A stretch of 61,925 nucleotides of DNA, filler included, from Nemertoderma westbladi (taxonomy: Eukaryota > Animalia > Xenacoelomorpha): the NCBI GenBank assembly GCA_032718475.1. It is 3 parts of 3 records of this genome, joined end to end, with 100 filler letters (N's around TTAATTAATTAA, not from the genome) between each part and the next. Parts side by side here need not be neighbours in the genome. Positions count along the whole stretch, not along the records: positions 1 to 26,370 come from JAUCBJ010007773.1; positions 26,471 to 54,448 come from JAUCBJ010003263.1; 1 more part is not named here. One strand, given 5' to 3'. The position numbers were made by a program, and so were the translations under genes. Of this stretch, positions 24,601 to 37,796 are shown piece by piece. Below the pieces are notes generated by a model. The model was not told where the DNA came from, did no database searches, and was given only the letters and a program-made list of their open reading frames with translations. Numbering within the stretch: the first letter of the stretch is position 1; the number at the start of each line of letters is the position of its first letter.

Positions 24601-26370
24601 TGTCATACAACAACTAGGTCTCATTACCAGTTGGACTACTACTTAAATAACGGTAATAAAGTAAGTTAAAGTAGATAAGTAACCTTAAAAATATTCAGGA
24701 ATTCAATTATTCTAAAAATAATTGACATACCGGTACTCACTATAGGCTTATTATATTTATCTCTATAAATTTGAGCTGAAATCATACCGGTACTCTGTAA
24801 TTAATTCTAGTTCATAATTATACTTATATACTATAAGTGTAAGCTGTATACCGGTATTCATTATAGGCCTACTATATATATATATATATATTTGTGCTAA
24901 AATTATATACCGGTACTCTGTGACAAATCTAGTCTGTAATAATACTTATATATTATAAGCATACCGGTATTCTAATATATTGTGTATATATCACGTTACA
25001 CCGAGTAACGGTACCGGTAATAAATCGCTAGGCTTGCGGTCATACTGAATTACTAGACTTGCTTTAACTGAAACTATAGTAGTAGACGTTCAACTGTATA
25101 ACTAAACATGTCTGACACTCAGCAAAACCTGTCAGACAGTCTGATCGATACAACTATTTGTGATTCAGATAGGAGTGTGGAGCGAATAAGAAAGGAGTTC
25201 GGCTCACCTCCTACTGTAAAAAAGGTCATCCCTCCAGTAGTATCAGACCCTAGGCTAGTCCACCATAGGTCCATCATAGGCACTCGGGCACAGGTAAAAC
25301 GGGACCAAGAGGCAGTTGTCCTATCGCAGCAACATCTTGGTCAAGAACCTACTTCCCAGAGACCCGATAGCTCCAGCAGTTCGGATACTGTAGAGTTGAC
25401 TCCCGAACATGGAGTGCAGATGGCTGATACAGTCTACTCGGACCCCCTTCTTACTCTTCCTGCTGCAGTGCTAACTACTATACTCATTGCGGTGGAGGAA
25501 CATCAAGCCGACTGGGCGAAGAATAAGCAAGCGACCCAAGATAATTACGCGGGATACGCCAGGGAAGAATTGATATCTATTGTTGAATCACAATGGAACT
25601 TTCCCGGACTCGGATTTCCGTTGGATCTGTCCGAGGCTACTAGGGAAGATATACACAGGATGGGAGTGGCTAAAGATACAATGGATCCAGCTGTTTGGAA
25701 GAGGTCGGCAGCAGGATATGTGCAGGGATTCTTCGGATCCTTGGAGCGATTGGAAGAACAACTGTTTCGACAACCTCACGGACCTCAAGAGCAGGAAGAA
25801 CTGCTATATCAAATACGCGAAAGAACCCTACGCATTCGACTAATCCTCTCAGCCTTTGAGGAAACTTCCAAAAGAAGACAGGACACGTCGCTGCAGGTTG
25901 CTGTCAAAACTTGGCTACATCGGGTAGATCTTAAAGTACAGGAAACAGCCCCGTGGAAATCCCAGCTGGCTGAGAGATCAACCTATGAAGAACCAAAGGA
26001 CGTCACCCTTGCTCAAGCGAAAAGCGAAGAGGCCGCCGAGAAACCGCGAACTAGAGACGCTATCGACATTTATTTGTCCGACTATCAGCGATTCCTAGGA
26101 GACGAAGAGTTGAGGAGACGGCTGTCTGGACTTTCCCCTAATAGTGAAGGAACCAAGCTTGTGTTGGACTCAATCGACGCCGAAATGTTAGCTGCAAACC
26201 AAGCTGAATGTGATGAAAAACTCCGCCTCACTAGAGTCCGAGAAGAACAAATAAAGAAAAAAAGGATAGAGGAACAAAAAACGGCGGCTATGGCGGAGGC
26301 TATAGCAGATGCAGAAGCAGAAAGAAAGGTGGCAAAGGCAGTGGCAGAAGCAGAAAGGAGAGCATTTGAG
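21685..26370 (+). mobile_element. BEL/Pao-like LTR retrotransposon, copy 1 (5' part, cut by the gap)
   Basis: Begins TGTAAAAGC; colinear and highly similar to about 46898-51860; long leader followed by a gag-like ORF. LTR 3' end and PBS not identified. Confidence 0.75.
25108..26370 (+). CDS. Gag-like protein N-terminal part (coiled-coil rich), open into the gap
   Basis: 421 uninterrupted codons, homologous to 50465-53101, which ends in a DUF1759-like segment. Confidence 0.75.
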
Positions 26371-26470
26371 NNNNNNNNNNNNNNNNNNNNNNNNNNNNNN
26401 NNNNNNNNNNNNNNTTAATTAATTAANNNNNNNNNNNNNNNNNNNNNNNNNNNNNNNNNNNNNNNNNNNN
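26371..26470. other. Artificial contig linker (44 N + TTAATTAATTAA + 44 N)
   Basis: Exactly 100 nt with a six-frame stop cassette; identical to 54449-54548. Confidence 0.97.
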
Positions 26471-26927
26471 GATGATCGTTCCCTTCGGGGTTCGTGAGGG
26501 GTGGAACGGACACGCGATGGGGTCGAAAGACAAAGGACTAGACTCGACTAGACTCTACTGGCCTACCGACTGTTCGGAGCAGTTTCTCGGCTGCCGAAGC
26601 GACTACGAGCCTGAAAAGGACTCGGAAAGCCTAGGTGGTTGGGTTTCTGTGATGAACTGACGGACCCCTAGCCAAGCCGTTCTGGTTCTCGATGATCGAA
26701 CCCTTCGGGGTTCGTGAGGGGTGGAACGGACACGCGAACGGGTCCACCGACACGACAGACTCCTAGCCAAGCCGTACTGGTTCTCGATGACCGAACCCTT
26801 CGGGGTTCGAGAGGGGTGGTACGGATACGCGACAGAGTCTACCGACTGGACCGACCCTTAGCCAAGCCGTGCTGGTTCTCGATGATCGTTCCCTTCGGGG
26901 TTCGTGAGGGGTGGAACGGACACGCGA
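26471..26927. repeat. Array of four ~69-bp hairpin units (95-bp period for the last three)
   Basis: Units at 26471-26517 (partial), 26669-26737, 26764-26832 and 26859-26927, each with CGWWCCC-TTCG-GGGTTCG. Confidence 0.9.
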
Positions 26928-27272
26928 CAGGGTCGACCGACACCGACACTACGGCACTAGGACTAGGACTGAGGGAAAATCTGGGGAACATTAGGTAGGC
27001 TAAAATTCTGAGCGAACAGCGGGTTATTAAATAATATACCGTAGGGATTTATATTATCGTGTATACTTATTGTGAATATTTGGTGTATATTGATTTGGGG
27101 AAGCCCAAAATTATTCTTAATCAGGTTTCAACAGGTTTTCAACTATAGGAAGTTACATTAAAGAGTATATCCAACTAATGCAGCTTTTCTCAACCGCAAA
27201 CTTGCATCTTAGAAATATTCCCTCCCCACAATCAATATCCGGTGACTGGCCGGGGCTCGGTGGTCTGTTAAG

Positions 27273-27907
27273 TCACGTCTCCAGCATCGGCGTTTTTCCC
27301 CCTGGTGTAGGAATAACGGCAACACACGCCATTATCACTCGCGGAACACTTTCAATCGCAATACGCATGGGATGCTTTAGAATTGTAAAACGACGTTTTA
27401 TAGCGCCAAACATCCGCTCAACAATGGAACGTTCGGACTTGTGCATTTTGTTGAAAGTGTAGTCAGCGTGAGACTCAGGATTTTCGTACGGCGTCATTAG
27501 GTATGGAGCAATACCATACCCTTGATCCGCAAGGAGCAAGCAGTTCCTGTTTCTTAAATATGACGCCAATCCAGAAGTTTTAAAGATGCGCGAATCGTGA
27601 ACCGATCCCGGCCACTGGGCAACTACACTTGTTGCCTCCATAAAACAATTGCAGGTGGCTTGAACATTTATAGAAGGAAACTTTTTTCTATTTAGAAATT
27701 CGTTTGGGTAGTATCTATTTGGCGGTTTTTCTATGGGAATGTGTGTTCCATCTACACAACCGATGCACTGTGGGAAATTGAATTTATATTGCCACTGCTC
27801 CCTAGACGTCAGTATGTCCTGGTCGGTGACAGGAAACTTTATCCAATGATGTTTCTTTTCCACTATTTTGGCAATAGTGGAATGAAACGTTCTACAAACC
27901 GTAGAAT
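27273..27907 (-). mobile_element. PIF/Harbinger (HARBI1-like) DDE transposase fragment
   Basis: STVCRTF..., FPQCIGCVDGTHIPI, SINVQATC, WPGSVHDSRIF, LLADQGY, RSIVERMFGAIKRRF; truncated at both ends. Confidence 0.9.
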
Positions 27908-28842
27908 GTAGTTGGAACTTCTCCCACGATACTATGGTAGCTAGTAAATATTTTTGTGGTAGATAGTAATTTTTTATGTTAGCTATAAAAAAAAGAAAAG
28001 TTTTATTTTATGTAAATAATTGTTTAATTTTTCTGAAGTTTAGTTTAAGTTTCCTGAATGAGATCCATTACATTACTCTACGAAAATAATTTAGGCTAGT
28101 TAACCCAGCAACAATAGAGGCTTGTTAACAAACCAAAAACACATACAGTATACATACAAAAATTAAAAAATAATCAGTTTTAAACATAAATACGTACTGT
28201 ACTATTACTAAGTAGTAAAAAAATAACTTGCTCCATAAAAACACTAGCTACAGTACTACTGTAACAAATAATTATTTCAAAAATAGGTGTATTACAGTAG
28301 GCAGTAAATAACACTAACTACCATAAAAAATACTACCAAAACATATATAACACGAGTATAAATAAAATTCAAAATTTTGGTACCCATGCAGCCATGTGCC
28401 ATGCTATACTAATATCAAATTACATTGGTGCTAATATGACCTGTTTCAAACATAGTGAATGTAGTTTTCCACAATCAAAATAGCGAGAACTAATGGAATG
28501 TATGTAGTAAAAGTATAAACGGAAACATGTTGTATGGCCATATATAGTACCATCGTAGTTCTTTAGTACTTTTTTTAGTTGATAATGTATTTTAAATATT
28601 TAAATATTTCAAATACACACTGAAAATGGTTGATCCAGGCAATAGTAGCAGCAGGCTGTTCCTAATTACTATACCACTGGTATGCAAGTGTTAATTCGAA
28701 AAGCTATAAAAATTCTGGAATTCCTGTAACCAGCTACAACCGATTGAATGGATAAATCCAACATGAAGTATTCCTTTCAAGCAACCTCTTGACCTACCTT
28801 GCTATTTTTGAAGTATATACTTCTTTTATTCAAACCAACTCT

Positions 28843-28932
28843 ACTCAATACTTTACTCAATACTTTACTCTAACCTTTACTCGTATACTTTACTCGTATA
28901 CTTTACTCGTATACTTTTCTTGTATACTTTAC
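28843..28932. repeat. 13-bp tandem repeat (~6 copies)
   Basis: TACTTTACTCGTA and variants. Confidence 0.8.
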
Positions 28933-30069
28933 TTGTTTTATTCAAACCAATTTAACTTTTTTGGAGTACCTACTTGAGTATAAGTATATACTTGTTTTTA
29001 TTCAAACCACCCATTATATAGGCATAACGCTGTTGCCAACCAACCCCCACCTCATAAATAAATAATACGTTCTAGAATTTTGTCTATTTATTAGATATAA
29101 TAAATGGCATGCAGCGAACAATAATTCTTACAATCTTTGAACGCCTAAATCTCCGCTGTTTCTGAACGAAACTCAGACATTGTTACATATTTGGAATCCT
29201 TGTAACGCAAGCTTTCCAATGATATCTACAAACCGAGGCTAATGTGAAGAATATCGACGATAGGAGATGTGCAATTTCGCAAAAGACACATTTTTAAACG
29301 CTTATAAAAAAAATTTACAGGCAAAATCGAAAATTCCGGCTTCATGTGGACATCGACGGTGAGTGGAACTAGTTGTGTTTCAAATGTTAAGCAATATGAT
29401 TTTTCTAAAAAGTGGGGGGGTGGGGAGGGGGGGGGGGGGGGGTGGGGGGGTCCGTGTCATCAGAAAATGACACTATATTACAGGTCATGTATATGGTATG
29501 TATACAGGTCATGGTGGTGTATATTAATTATACTAGGCTATATACATAGAAATATATAATATAATAAAATTTACATACAGTATAATTATTACTGATGATG
29601 AATTCTGTCATTATGGTATCATAATTTGAAACGTCTAATGGTGATATTATACTGTACATTACATAGGCCTACAATAAGTTTTAAAGTATTAACTATCGTT
29701 GTATTTTTCCTTATTTCGAATCGTTTACCCACATCCGTTCCAGTTACTAATATACAGTATAACATATTATTTAAAGTTTTATATTTATCATTCAATTAGC
29801 CCTTTATCAAAAAATATGAAAGTCAATATAAAATAAATCTTGAAAAAAAGCGATATGTTGCTGTCAATGGTGTCAGGGGGTCAATCATAAAGTAAATAAA
29901 TTAAAAATATATAAGGGCCTTCCCAATAACTTAACTCAATTATAACCTTTTTACCGTTGGGGAAGAGGGGAATACCCTTATTTATTTCGAATTGAATTGG
30001 CCAGATTTGCGCATTCTAAACAGAAGGGAAAGCGAAAAAGATCGTAAGGCCATAAGCTCCAGCGATGGC

Positions 30070-30658
30070 TTGCTTGAGCACGTGGATGAATTCTACTACT
30101 TGGGATCTGAAGTCAAGTGAAGACCTTCTTATACGCAAGGGGAAGGCATGGGCAGCATTGAATAGTCTGTCCAGGATTTTGAAATCCCTTTGAATAAAAC
30201 GGAATCTCAATATTCGATTATTTATGGCAGAGGTAGTACACCATACTTTATGGCCTTACGATCTTTTTCGCTTTCCCTTCTGTTTAGAATGCGCAAATCT
30301 GGCCAAATAAATTCGAAATAAGAGGACATTTTTACAAAAATACTACGCCGGGTTTGTTGCTTCAAGTACAATGAACACATCTCTAATGAGACTCTATACA
30401 TTATACAACCTTGGTGTTTCATTCGTCTCCCCTAGTTTGACACTTGAACGGTACCGCCTCTGCTTTGCAAGACATTGCTTTCGCCGTGAGACGCCTTTTA
30501 AATAACACTGGCCTTGAAGATGTGGATGATCTAGAAAATGTCATGGGTGATAGGGAGTTGTGGCGGCGCAGTTTTGTCAACAAGCCGGTACACCATTGTT
30601 ATTATATATGTAATATATTTAATGCAGCTGCAATGTAGCCTGCCGACAGTAGTAGTAG
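30070..30658 (+). mobile_element. Degenerate 3' fragment of the RTE-like LINE family, with (TAG)n tail
   Basis: Similar to 6587-7184 (GCTTGAGCACGT..., GTCATGGGTGATAGGGAGTTGTGGCGG, AATGCAGCTGCAATG, AGTAGTAGTAG). Confidence 0.85.
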
Positions 30659-31747
30659 CAGAAAGCGAAGGGGAAATGCTAAAAATTGAGTCCAGCGAAA
30701 GTAACGTTCCCAACAAATAGCCTGCTATGACTATTGTCGTTTCCTCAAGGGTAATACCGGTAACAATTTGAAGGCCATGAAAGTCCATAACAGACAGTGC
30801 TCGGTAAAACTAGGCTGCACTAATCAATGAGAAGGGGGAAACAAAAAAAACTGCAGATCAAAGCAGGAAATCTCCTGCAGCCTGTCATGTAATCGAAACG
30901 CTATCTCAATGAAAGATCAGTCCAACAAGCAAAAGCAAAGCAAAGCAAGCTCAACTCGGCTTCATCAGACGAATGCGTGGAATATTGGAAGGCCTATTTC
31001 GAGAAACTTATCAACAATGTCTGTCAAAGACTTCATTGCACATCACGTGTTCGATATGGTACTCTTTGACATTACTAAACTAAAATGTATGGATGTGTGA
31101 TTGATGATCTATTGGTCATAAGTTAGTTGTCTAGGGTGTAGCTCCTTAAAGGTGATAATATTCCGTGCAACTTTGGAGGTTGCATTGTTTATAAAATAAT
31201 AAAATAAAGCTGTAAAGTTATGTTACTGCACAATATTGGTTAAGAGGTCTAACAATAATTCCTAACCTGAAAGGGTCAACATCTTGTTAGGAGAGGTGTT
31301 AATAACCCACGCAATGAGTGCCATATAACTGTAAGGCGGTTTGGGATACCTTCTATAAGATCGTTCTGGTCTCGATAACAGGCGACATTCCATGATCTCA
31401 AAATCAGCTGAAAATAACCTAGTACAATTATTACGTATAAAGTTAAATTAAAGCCTGCTGGGACGCTATCTGAACTGAATTGAAAAAAAGTCTTGGTATA
31501 TTGAAAATCAGTAGGCCTAATCATTCTTTGCTAAGTTGTATAATTAGATATAATATTCAAGTACATTAGATCGTTTTATAAGGCGAGCGAATTAATTCAA
31601 AATTTATTGACACAAATAAATAATTTTGTTTAAAATAAAATAAAATATGCAAATATCTGTATCTCTAGGAAGGGTGTTCCAGAACGCATCGCGTCGCAAA
31701 ACAAACTCGAAACAGATTGATTCTAAACTTATTTGCTGATTCACACA

Positions 31748-32083
31748 ATGTACACTAGAGTAGTTTCATTTCTGTCCTACATAACTTATTGTTTACGATC
31801 TGCGGACTGTATAGCTTACTGCGCTGATGACGACGACTGCGTAGACTTCGACTCAACCCCTTGGTGCTGTAGATCGGAGAACAGATGTTGCAGCGATCTG
31901 TTCGCAGGTCGCACTTGGATGGGAATGCCGAATAGATACAAACCTTCGTTTTGGAATCACTTTCTGAGTTGGCCCGTAATGATTGGTGCGACTTTAACTG
32001 GCAGCTGTTGTTCGTTTTTGATACTTATGAGTTGCAGATGGTTTAGGAAGAGACAAAGACGAAAGGAAATGCTCGGTCTATAA
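31748..32083 (+). CDS. Small single-pass membrane protein, Shisa-like/STMC6-type cysteine pattern
   Basis: ATG at 31748; possible signal peptide, C-x5-C-x8-CC-x5-CC ectodomain, hydrophobic helix, then Cys and basic RWFRKRQRRK. Confidence 0.6.
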   Translation: MYTRVVSFLSYITYCLRSADCIAYCADDDDCVDFDSTPWCCRSENRCCSDLFAGRTWMGMPNRYKPSFWNHFLSWPVMIGATLTGSCCSFLILMSCRWFRKRQRRKEMLGL

Positions 32084-32249
32084 TCTCAACCTCCAAAAAC
32101 TATTATGAATAGACTCTAATTAATAATATGTTCTTAAAATAATATTTAAGGTCTATTATATGTACTTAATGTCGTAAATTAAATAGTTATTTCAACGAAA
32201 TTTCGTCAGGGTCAGCTGTACATTCCTACACAATCAAAAACAATAAAAT

Positions 32250-32316
32250 AAGGGAAAGGAGCAGGTTACAGTGGCATGTTCTACCTAAAACAATAAACTA
32301 AAGTCAATAGAACAGG
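32250..32316 (-). mobile_element. Internal fragment of the poly-G MITE family
   Basis: Approximate reverse complement of 13849-13917 (AGGGAAAGGAGCAGGTTACAGTGGCA...CAATAGAACAGG). Confidence 0.6.
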
Positions 32317-33087
32317 AGATTACGGGAGTCCCACTATCTGAAATTTCGGATATAAAATTCAGAAAATTTATGTTCAAATGAGTTATGGGTTATCGTTTAT
32401 CAAATAAATTGTCACACCTATTTAACTCCTGCCCAGTATACTCGAGATGTAAATTAATAGTTTAATTTAATATACAACACTATTTGTACACAAGACACAT
32501 TAAACATATTGATCAATAAACTTAACATAAGTATTTTTCAGCTATAAGTAGTCGAGAACATTATTTAATGATTAATGATATTTATCCCGAACGCAGCCGT
32601 ATGCTAAAGTAATTATATTTGGGGCGGCGTCAATTTAGTTTATTTGTATTGTATATCACGTATTCCAGCTAATCAGTGTGTTTGTTTGGGGCTAAAATAT
32701 TTGATGATAGTATTACTAACATGGACCTCATCAACAATTATAACTGTAATTCAGTTGAAATGTTATGGCACTTAGTCGTAGGAGTGCCATGGCCGGATAT
32801 AGAACAGCCTATGTATACTTTACATTTAGGTATAATGAATGAGTTGAACTGATAATGCAATTATAGTACTTTATGTAAAGAAAAAATACAGTTTTTGTAG
32901 TTCTGTAAATATTTCGAAGATCAGGCTATCTTCTAGTACTCTTCCCACCTATTTAGTTGAGATGTATGTGACAGCGGTTGCATTTATCTTAAACTTTAAT
33001 GGAAACTCTACAAATAAAATGTGTGGGTTCCTCCTCCATTGGTATACGAAAAAAGTTTATCTAAACTAATGTCTATCTATGTACGGA

Positions 33088-36000
33088 TGTAAGGGCGCTG
33101 TCTACCCTACTCTATGTCTAACCTGTAAAGGCCCTGTCTACCCTACTCTATGTCTATCCTGTAAGGGCCCTGTCTGCCCTTCTCTATGTCTACCATGTAA
33201 GTGCCCTGTCTACCCTACTCTATGTCTACCCTGTAAGGGCCCTCTCTACCCTACTCTTTGTCTACCCTGTAAGGCCTTGTCTACCCTACTCTTTATCTAC
33301 CCTGTAAGGGCCCTCTCTACCCTACTCTTTGTCTACCCTGTAAAGGCTGTCTACCCTACTCTATGTCTACCCTGTAATGGCCCTCTCTACCCCACTCTTT
33401 GTCTACCCTGTAAGGGCTCTCTCTACCCTACTCTTTGTCTACCCTGTAAGGGCCCCGTCTACCCTACTCTATGTCTACCCTGTAAGGGCCCTCTCTACCC
33501 CACTCTTTGTCTACCCTGTAAGGGCCCTCTCTACCCTACTCTTTGTCTACCCTGTAAGGGGCCCTCTCTACCCTACTCTATGTCTACCCTGTAAGGGCCC
33601 TCTCTACCCCACTCTTTGTCTACCCTGTAAGGGCCCTCTCTACACTACTCTTTGTCTACCCTGTAAGGGCCTGTCTACCCTACTCTATGTCTACCCTGTA
33701 AGGGCCCTCTCTACCCCACTCTTTGTCTACCCTGTAAGGGCCCTCTCTACACTACTCTTTGTCTACCCTGTAAGGGCCTGTCTACCCTACTCCATGTCTA
33801 CCATGTAAGGGCCTGTCTACCCTACTCCATGTCTACCATGTAAGGGCCCTCTCTACCCCACTCTTTGTCTACCCTGTAAGGGCCCTCTCTACACTACTCT
33901 TTGTCTACCCTGTAAGGGCCTGTCTACCCTACTCCATGTCTACCATGTAAGGGCCTGTCTACCCTACTCCATGTCTACCATGTAAGGGCCCTGTCTACCC
34001 TACTCTTTGTCTACCCTGTAAGGGCCCTCTCTACACTACTCTTTGTCTACCCTGTAAGGGCCTGTCTACCCTACTCCATGTCTACCATGTAAGGGCCCTG
34101 TCTACCCTACTCTTTGTCTACCATGTAAGGGCCCCGTCTACCCTACTCTTTATCTACCCTGTAAGGACCCTCTCTACACTACTCTTTGTCTACCCTGTAA
34201 GGGCCTGTCTACCCTACTCTATGTCTACCATGTAAGGGCCCTGTCTACCCTACTCTTTGTCTACCCTGTAAGGGCCCTGTCTACCCGATTCTTTGTCTAC
34301 TCTGTAAGGGCCCTCTCTACCCTACTCTGTCTACCCTGTATGAGCCTGTCTACCCTACTCTATGTCTACCCTGTAAGGGCCTGTCTACCCTACTCTATGT
34401 CTACCATGTAAGGGCCCAGTCTACCCTACTCTTTGTCTACCCTGTAAGGGCCCAGTCTACCCTACTCTTTGTCTACCCTGTAAGGGCTCTCTCTACCCTA
34501 CTCTATGTCTACCATGTAAGCGCCCTGTCTACCCTACTCTTTATCTACCCTTTAAGGCCCCTCTCTACCCTACTCTTTGTCTACCCTGTAAGGGCTCTCT
34601 CTACCCTACTCTTCGTCTACCCTGTAAGGCCCAGTCTACCCTACTCTTTGTCTACCTTGTAAGGGCCCTCTCTACCCTACTCTTTGTCTACCCTGTAAGG
34701 GCTCTCTCTACCCTACTCTATGTCTACCATGTAAGCGCCCTGTCTACCCTACTCTTTATCTACCCTTTAAGGCCCCTCTCTACCCTACCCGTTGTCTACC
34801 CTGTAAGGCCCTGTCTACCATACTCTATATCTACCCTGTATGGGCCCTCTCTACCCTACTCTTTGTCTACCCTGTAAGGCCCTCTCTTCCCTACTCTTTG
34901 TCTACCATGTATGGGCCCTGTCTACCCTACTCTTTGTCTACCCTGTAAGGGGCCCTCTCTACCCTACTCTTTGTCTACCATGTATGGGCCCTGTCTACCC
35001 TACTCTTTGTCTACCCTGTAAGGGGCCCTCTCTACCCTACTCTTTGTCTACCATGTATGGGCCCTGTCTACCCTACTCTTTGTCTACCCTGTAAGGGGCC
35101 CTCTCTACCCGACTCTTTGTCTACCCTGTAAGGGGCCCTCTCTACCCTACTCTTTGTCTACCTTGTAAGGGGCCCTCTCTACCCTACTCTTTGTCTACCC
35201 TGTAAGGGACCCTCTCTACCCTACTCTTTGTCTACCATGTATGGGCCCTGTCTACCCTACTCTTTGTCTACCCTGTAAGGGGCCCTCTCTACCCTACTCT
35301 TTGTCTACCATGTATGGGCCCTGTCTACCCTACTCTTCGTCTACCCTGTAAGGGGCCCTCTCTACCCTACTCTTTGTCTACCATGTATGGGCCCTGTCTA
35401 CCCTACTCTTTGTCTACCCTGTAAGGGGCCCTCTCTACCCTACTCTTTGTCTACCCTGTAAGGGGCCCTCTCTACCCTACTCTTTGTCTACCCTGTAAGG
35501 GGCCCTCTCTACCCTACTCTTTGTCTACCCTGTAAGGGGCCCTCTCTACCCTACTCTTTGTCTACCCTGTAAGGGGCCCTCTCTACCCTACTCTTTGTCT
35601 ACCCTGTAAGGGGCCCTCTCTACCCTACTCTTTGTCTACCCTGTAAGGGGCCCTCTCTACCCTACTCTTTGTCTACCCTGTAAGGGGCCCTCTCTACCCT
35701 ACTCTTTGTCTACCCCGTAAGGGCCCTGTCTACCCTACTCTTTGTTTACCCTGTAAGGCCCTGTCTACCCTACTCTATGTCTACCATTTAAGGGCCCAGT
35801 CTACCCTATTCTTTGTCTACCCTGTAAGGGCTCTCTCTACCCTACTCTTTATCTACCCTGTATAGGCCCTGTCTACCCTACTCTTTGTCTACCCTGTAAG
35901 GGCTCTCTCTACCCTACTCTTTATCTACCCTGTATAGGCCCTGTCTACCCTACTCTTTGTCTACCCTGTAAGGGCCCTCTCTACCCTACTCTTTATCTAC

Positions 36001-36170
36001 CCTGTAAGGGGCCCTCTCTACCCTACTCTTTGTCTATCATGTATGGGCCCTGTCTACCCTACTCTTTGTCTACCCTGTAAGGGGCCCTCTCTACCCTACT
36101 CTTTGTCTACCATGTATGGGCCCTGTCTACGCTACTCTTTGTCTACCCTGTAAGGGCCCTCTATACCCTA
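33088..36170. repeat. 35-37-bp C-rich minisatellite (~85 copies)
   Basis: TGTAAGGGCCCTCTCTACCCTACTCTTTGTCTACCC and variants; internal TCTACCCT sub-repeat. Confidence 0.97.
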
Positions 36171-37796
36171 AGGGATGTGATAGAAAATGAAAAAATAACA
36201 TAAACATAAAAATAAATATAAAAAAATATAAACATAAAAATAATAAAAATAACATCATTATGGTATGGAAGTTAAGCACAGCGAAATAAAAATTTATTTA
36301 TTATAAATCTAATAAATAATTTTATAAACTCTAATGAATATATTTACATAAAATCACTACTATATCGATATATTAGTAATTATTTAACTTGAAAATCTAC
36401 AAATCCACTCAATATACAATAATTTACCACTGCTCTAAGTTTACGAATAAAATGTCTTTAAATTATAATAATAATTAATATATACAACAAACTCTAGAAC
36501 TAATCTTCAAAATCATAATCAAATAATATTAAAAAATTTCCACCAAACCTCGTAATTAATAGCAGAAATCACAACATATAGGATAATTGTAAAGTGTCTG
36601 TTAGTTGTTATCGGTTGGTCTGTAGGCCTGTCGAATTTTCTAATTCAATTACATTTTTTCGCTTATCCTCAATAAATACATCATTCAACGGGATATAAAG
36701 TAGTACTTTATATGAGGCATGATGTATTGTAATAAAAACGCCGCCAGGCGATAATAAATATATATTTATTAATTTAAAATGATTTCAACTTATTGCTAAT
36801 TTTTTACTTTAACCTACCAACACACTGTTGAATATAAAATTATATATTAAAATCAGTAAAGTCAAATTTATTACAATATTAAAACATTAATTTTTGAAGC
36901 GAAATTAACATTTGAGAAATCTGGAATAATGAAATCTCCCCAAAATCTCATTACTACCAAGTTCATATAAAATAAATATCCTGGATTATCTTAGCTGATC
37001 CACCTAGGAAGCACTAAAGCACTAGCACTTTAGTTGAAATATAAAGTAGGCCTACCACGGAGAGAACAGATTTTAAATATAAAAAAAATACTATTTACTA
37101 TTACATGGCTCTAAATGCGCATAATTAATTAATTATATATATTGATGTATTCACTACTGTAATTCAATAACAATGCGGTAAATTATGTTTCAAACAACAA
37201 TACGGGAAAAAAACAGTGCAAAAAACTCGATTACGGAAACACCGAGTAATAAGTTACATTAGTCATTCAATGTAGGTTATTTTATTTGGCGAGAATGGTT
37301 TAACAATTATTATGAATTGATCACTATATTATAATGGGAGAACTCATTAGTCCTATTTCTTGGGTCTTCTTCTCTATTAGAAAAACACAAATTTTTTTAT
37401 ATTATAAATAAAATCGACCCTCAAATAAGATAAGATGAAATAACATTTCTTCCATCTCCAATTCATATCATCCAATTATGAAATATTATATTGAAATATT
37501 ATGTTTTCATGTCAAAATTATTATCCACAACACAAAAATGTATTATTTGAAAAATACGAATAAATGGCCCTCCACCCGCAACTATTACCGAGGCGAGATG
37601 GTGGGGAAATAGCTAAAATTTATGAATTATAATTATTATAGACAGAAAAATAATTGCCGTTGTCAACAATGAAAAGTCTTACTATAATATATTTCCTTGG
37701 TGAGTTTTTATAATCCAATTACAGTATATCGTATATTTTACTTCAGAAGTTCGATAATTCACCACCAATGTTAGCCAATACTTTGATTTAGTCTCA

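Noticed and set aside
26415-26426. TTAATTAATTAA island inside the N-runs, and the stop of ORF 25108-26418
   Set aside because: Assembly linker, repeated identically at 54493. Adjacency across the gaps is not reliable.
26669-26927. SECIS, hammerhead or CRISPR reading of the hairpin array
   Set aside because: Upper helix too short and no apical AA for SECIS; no CUGANGA/GAAA core; linkers are related to each other rather than unique spacers.
33079-35094. Cys/Pro-rich ORFs (KGPLYPTLCLPC)n resembling metallothionein or keratin-associated proteins
   Set aside because: Minisatellite translation; 35- and 37-bp units break the frame repeatedly.
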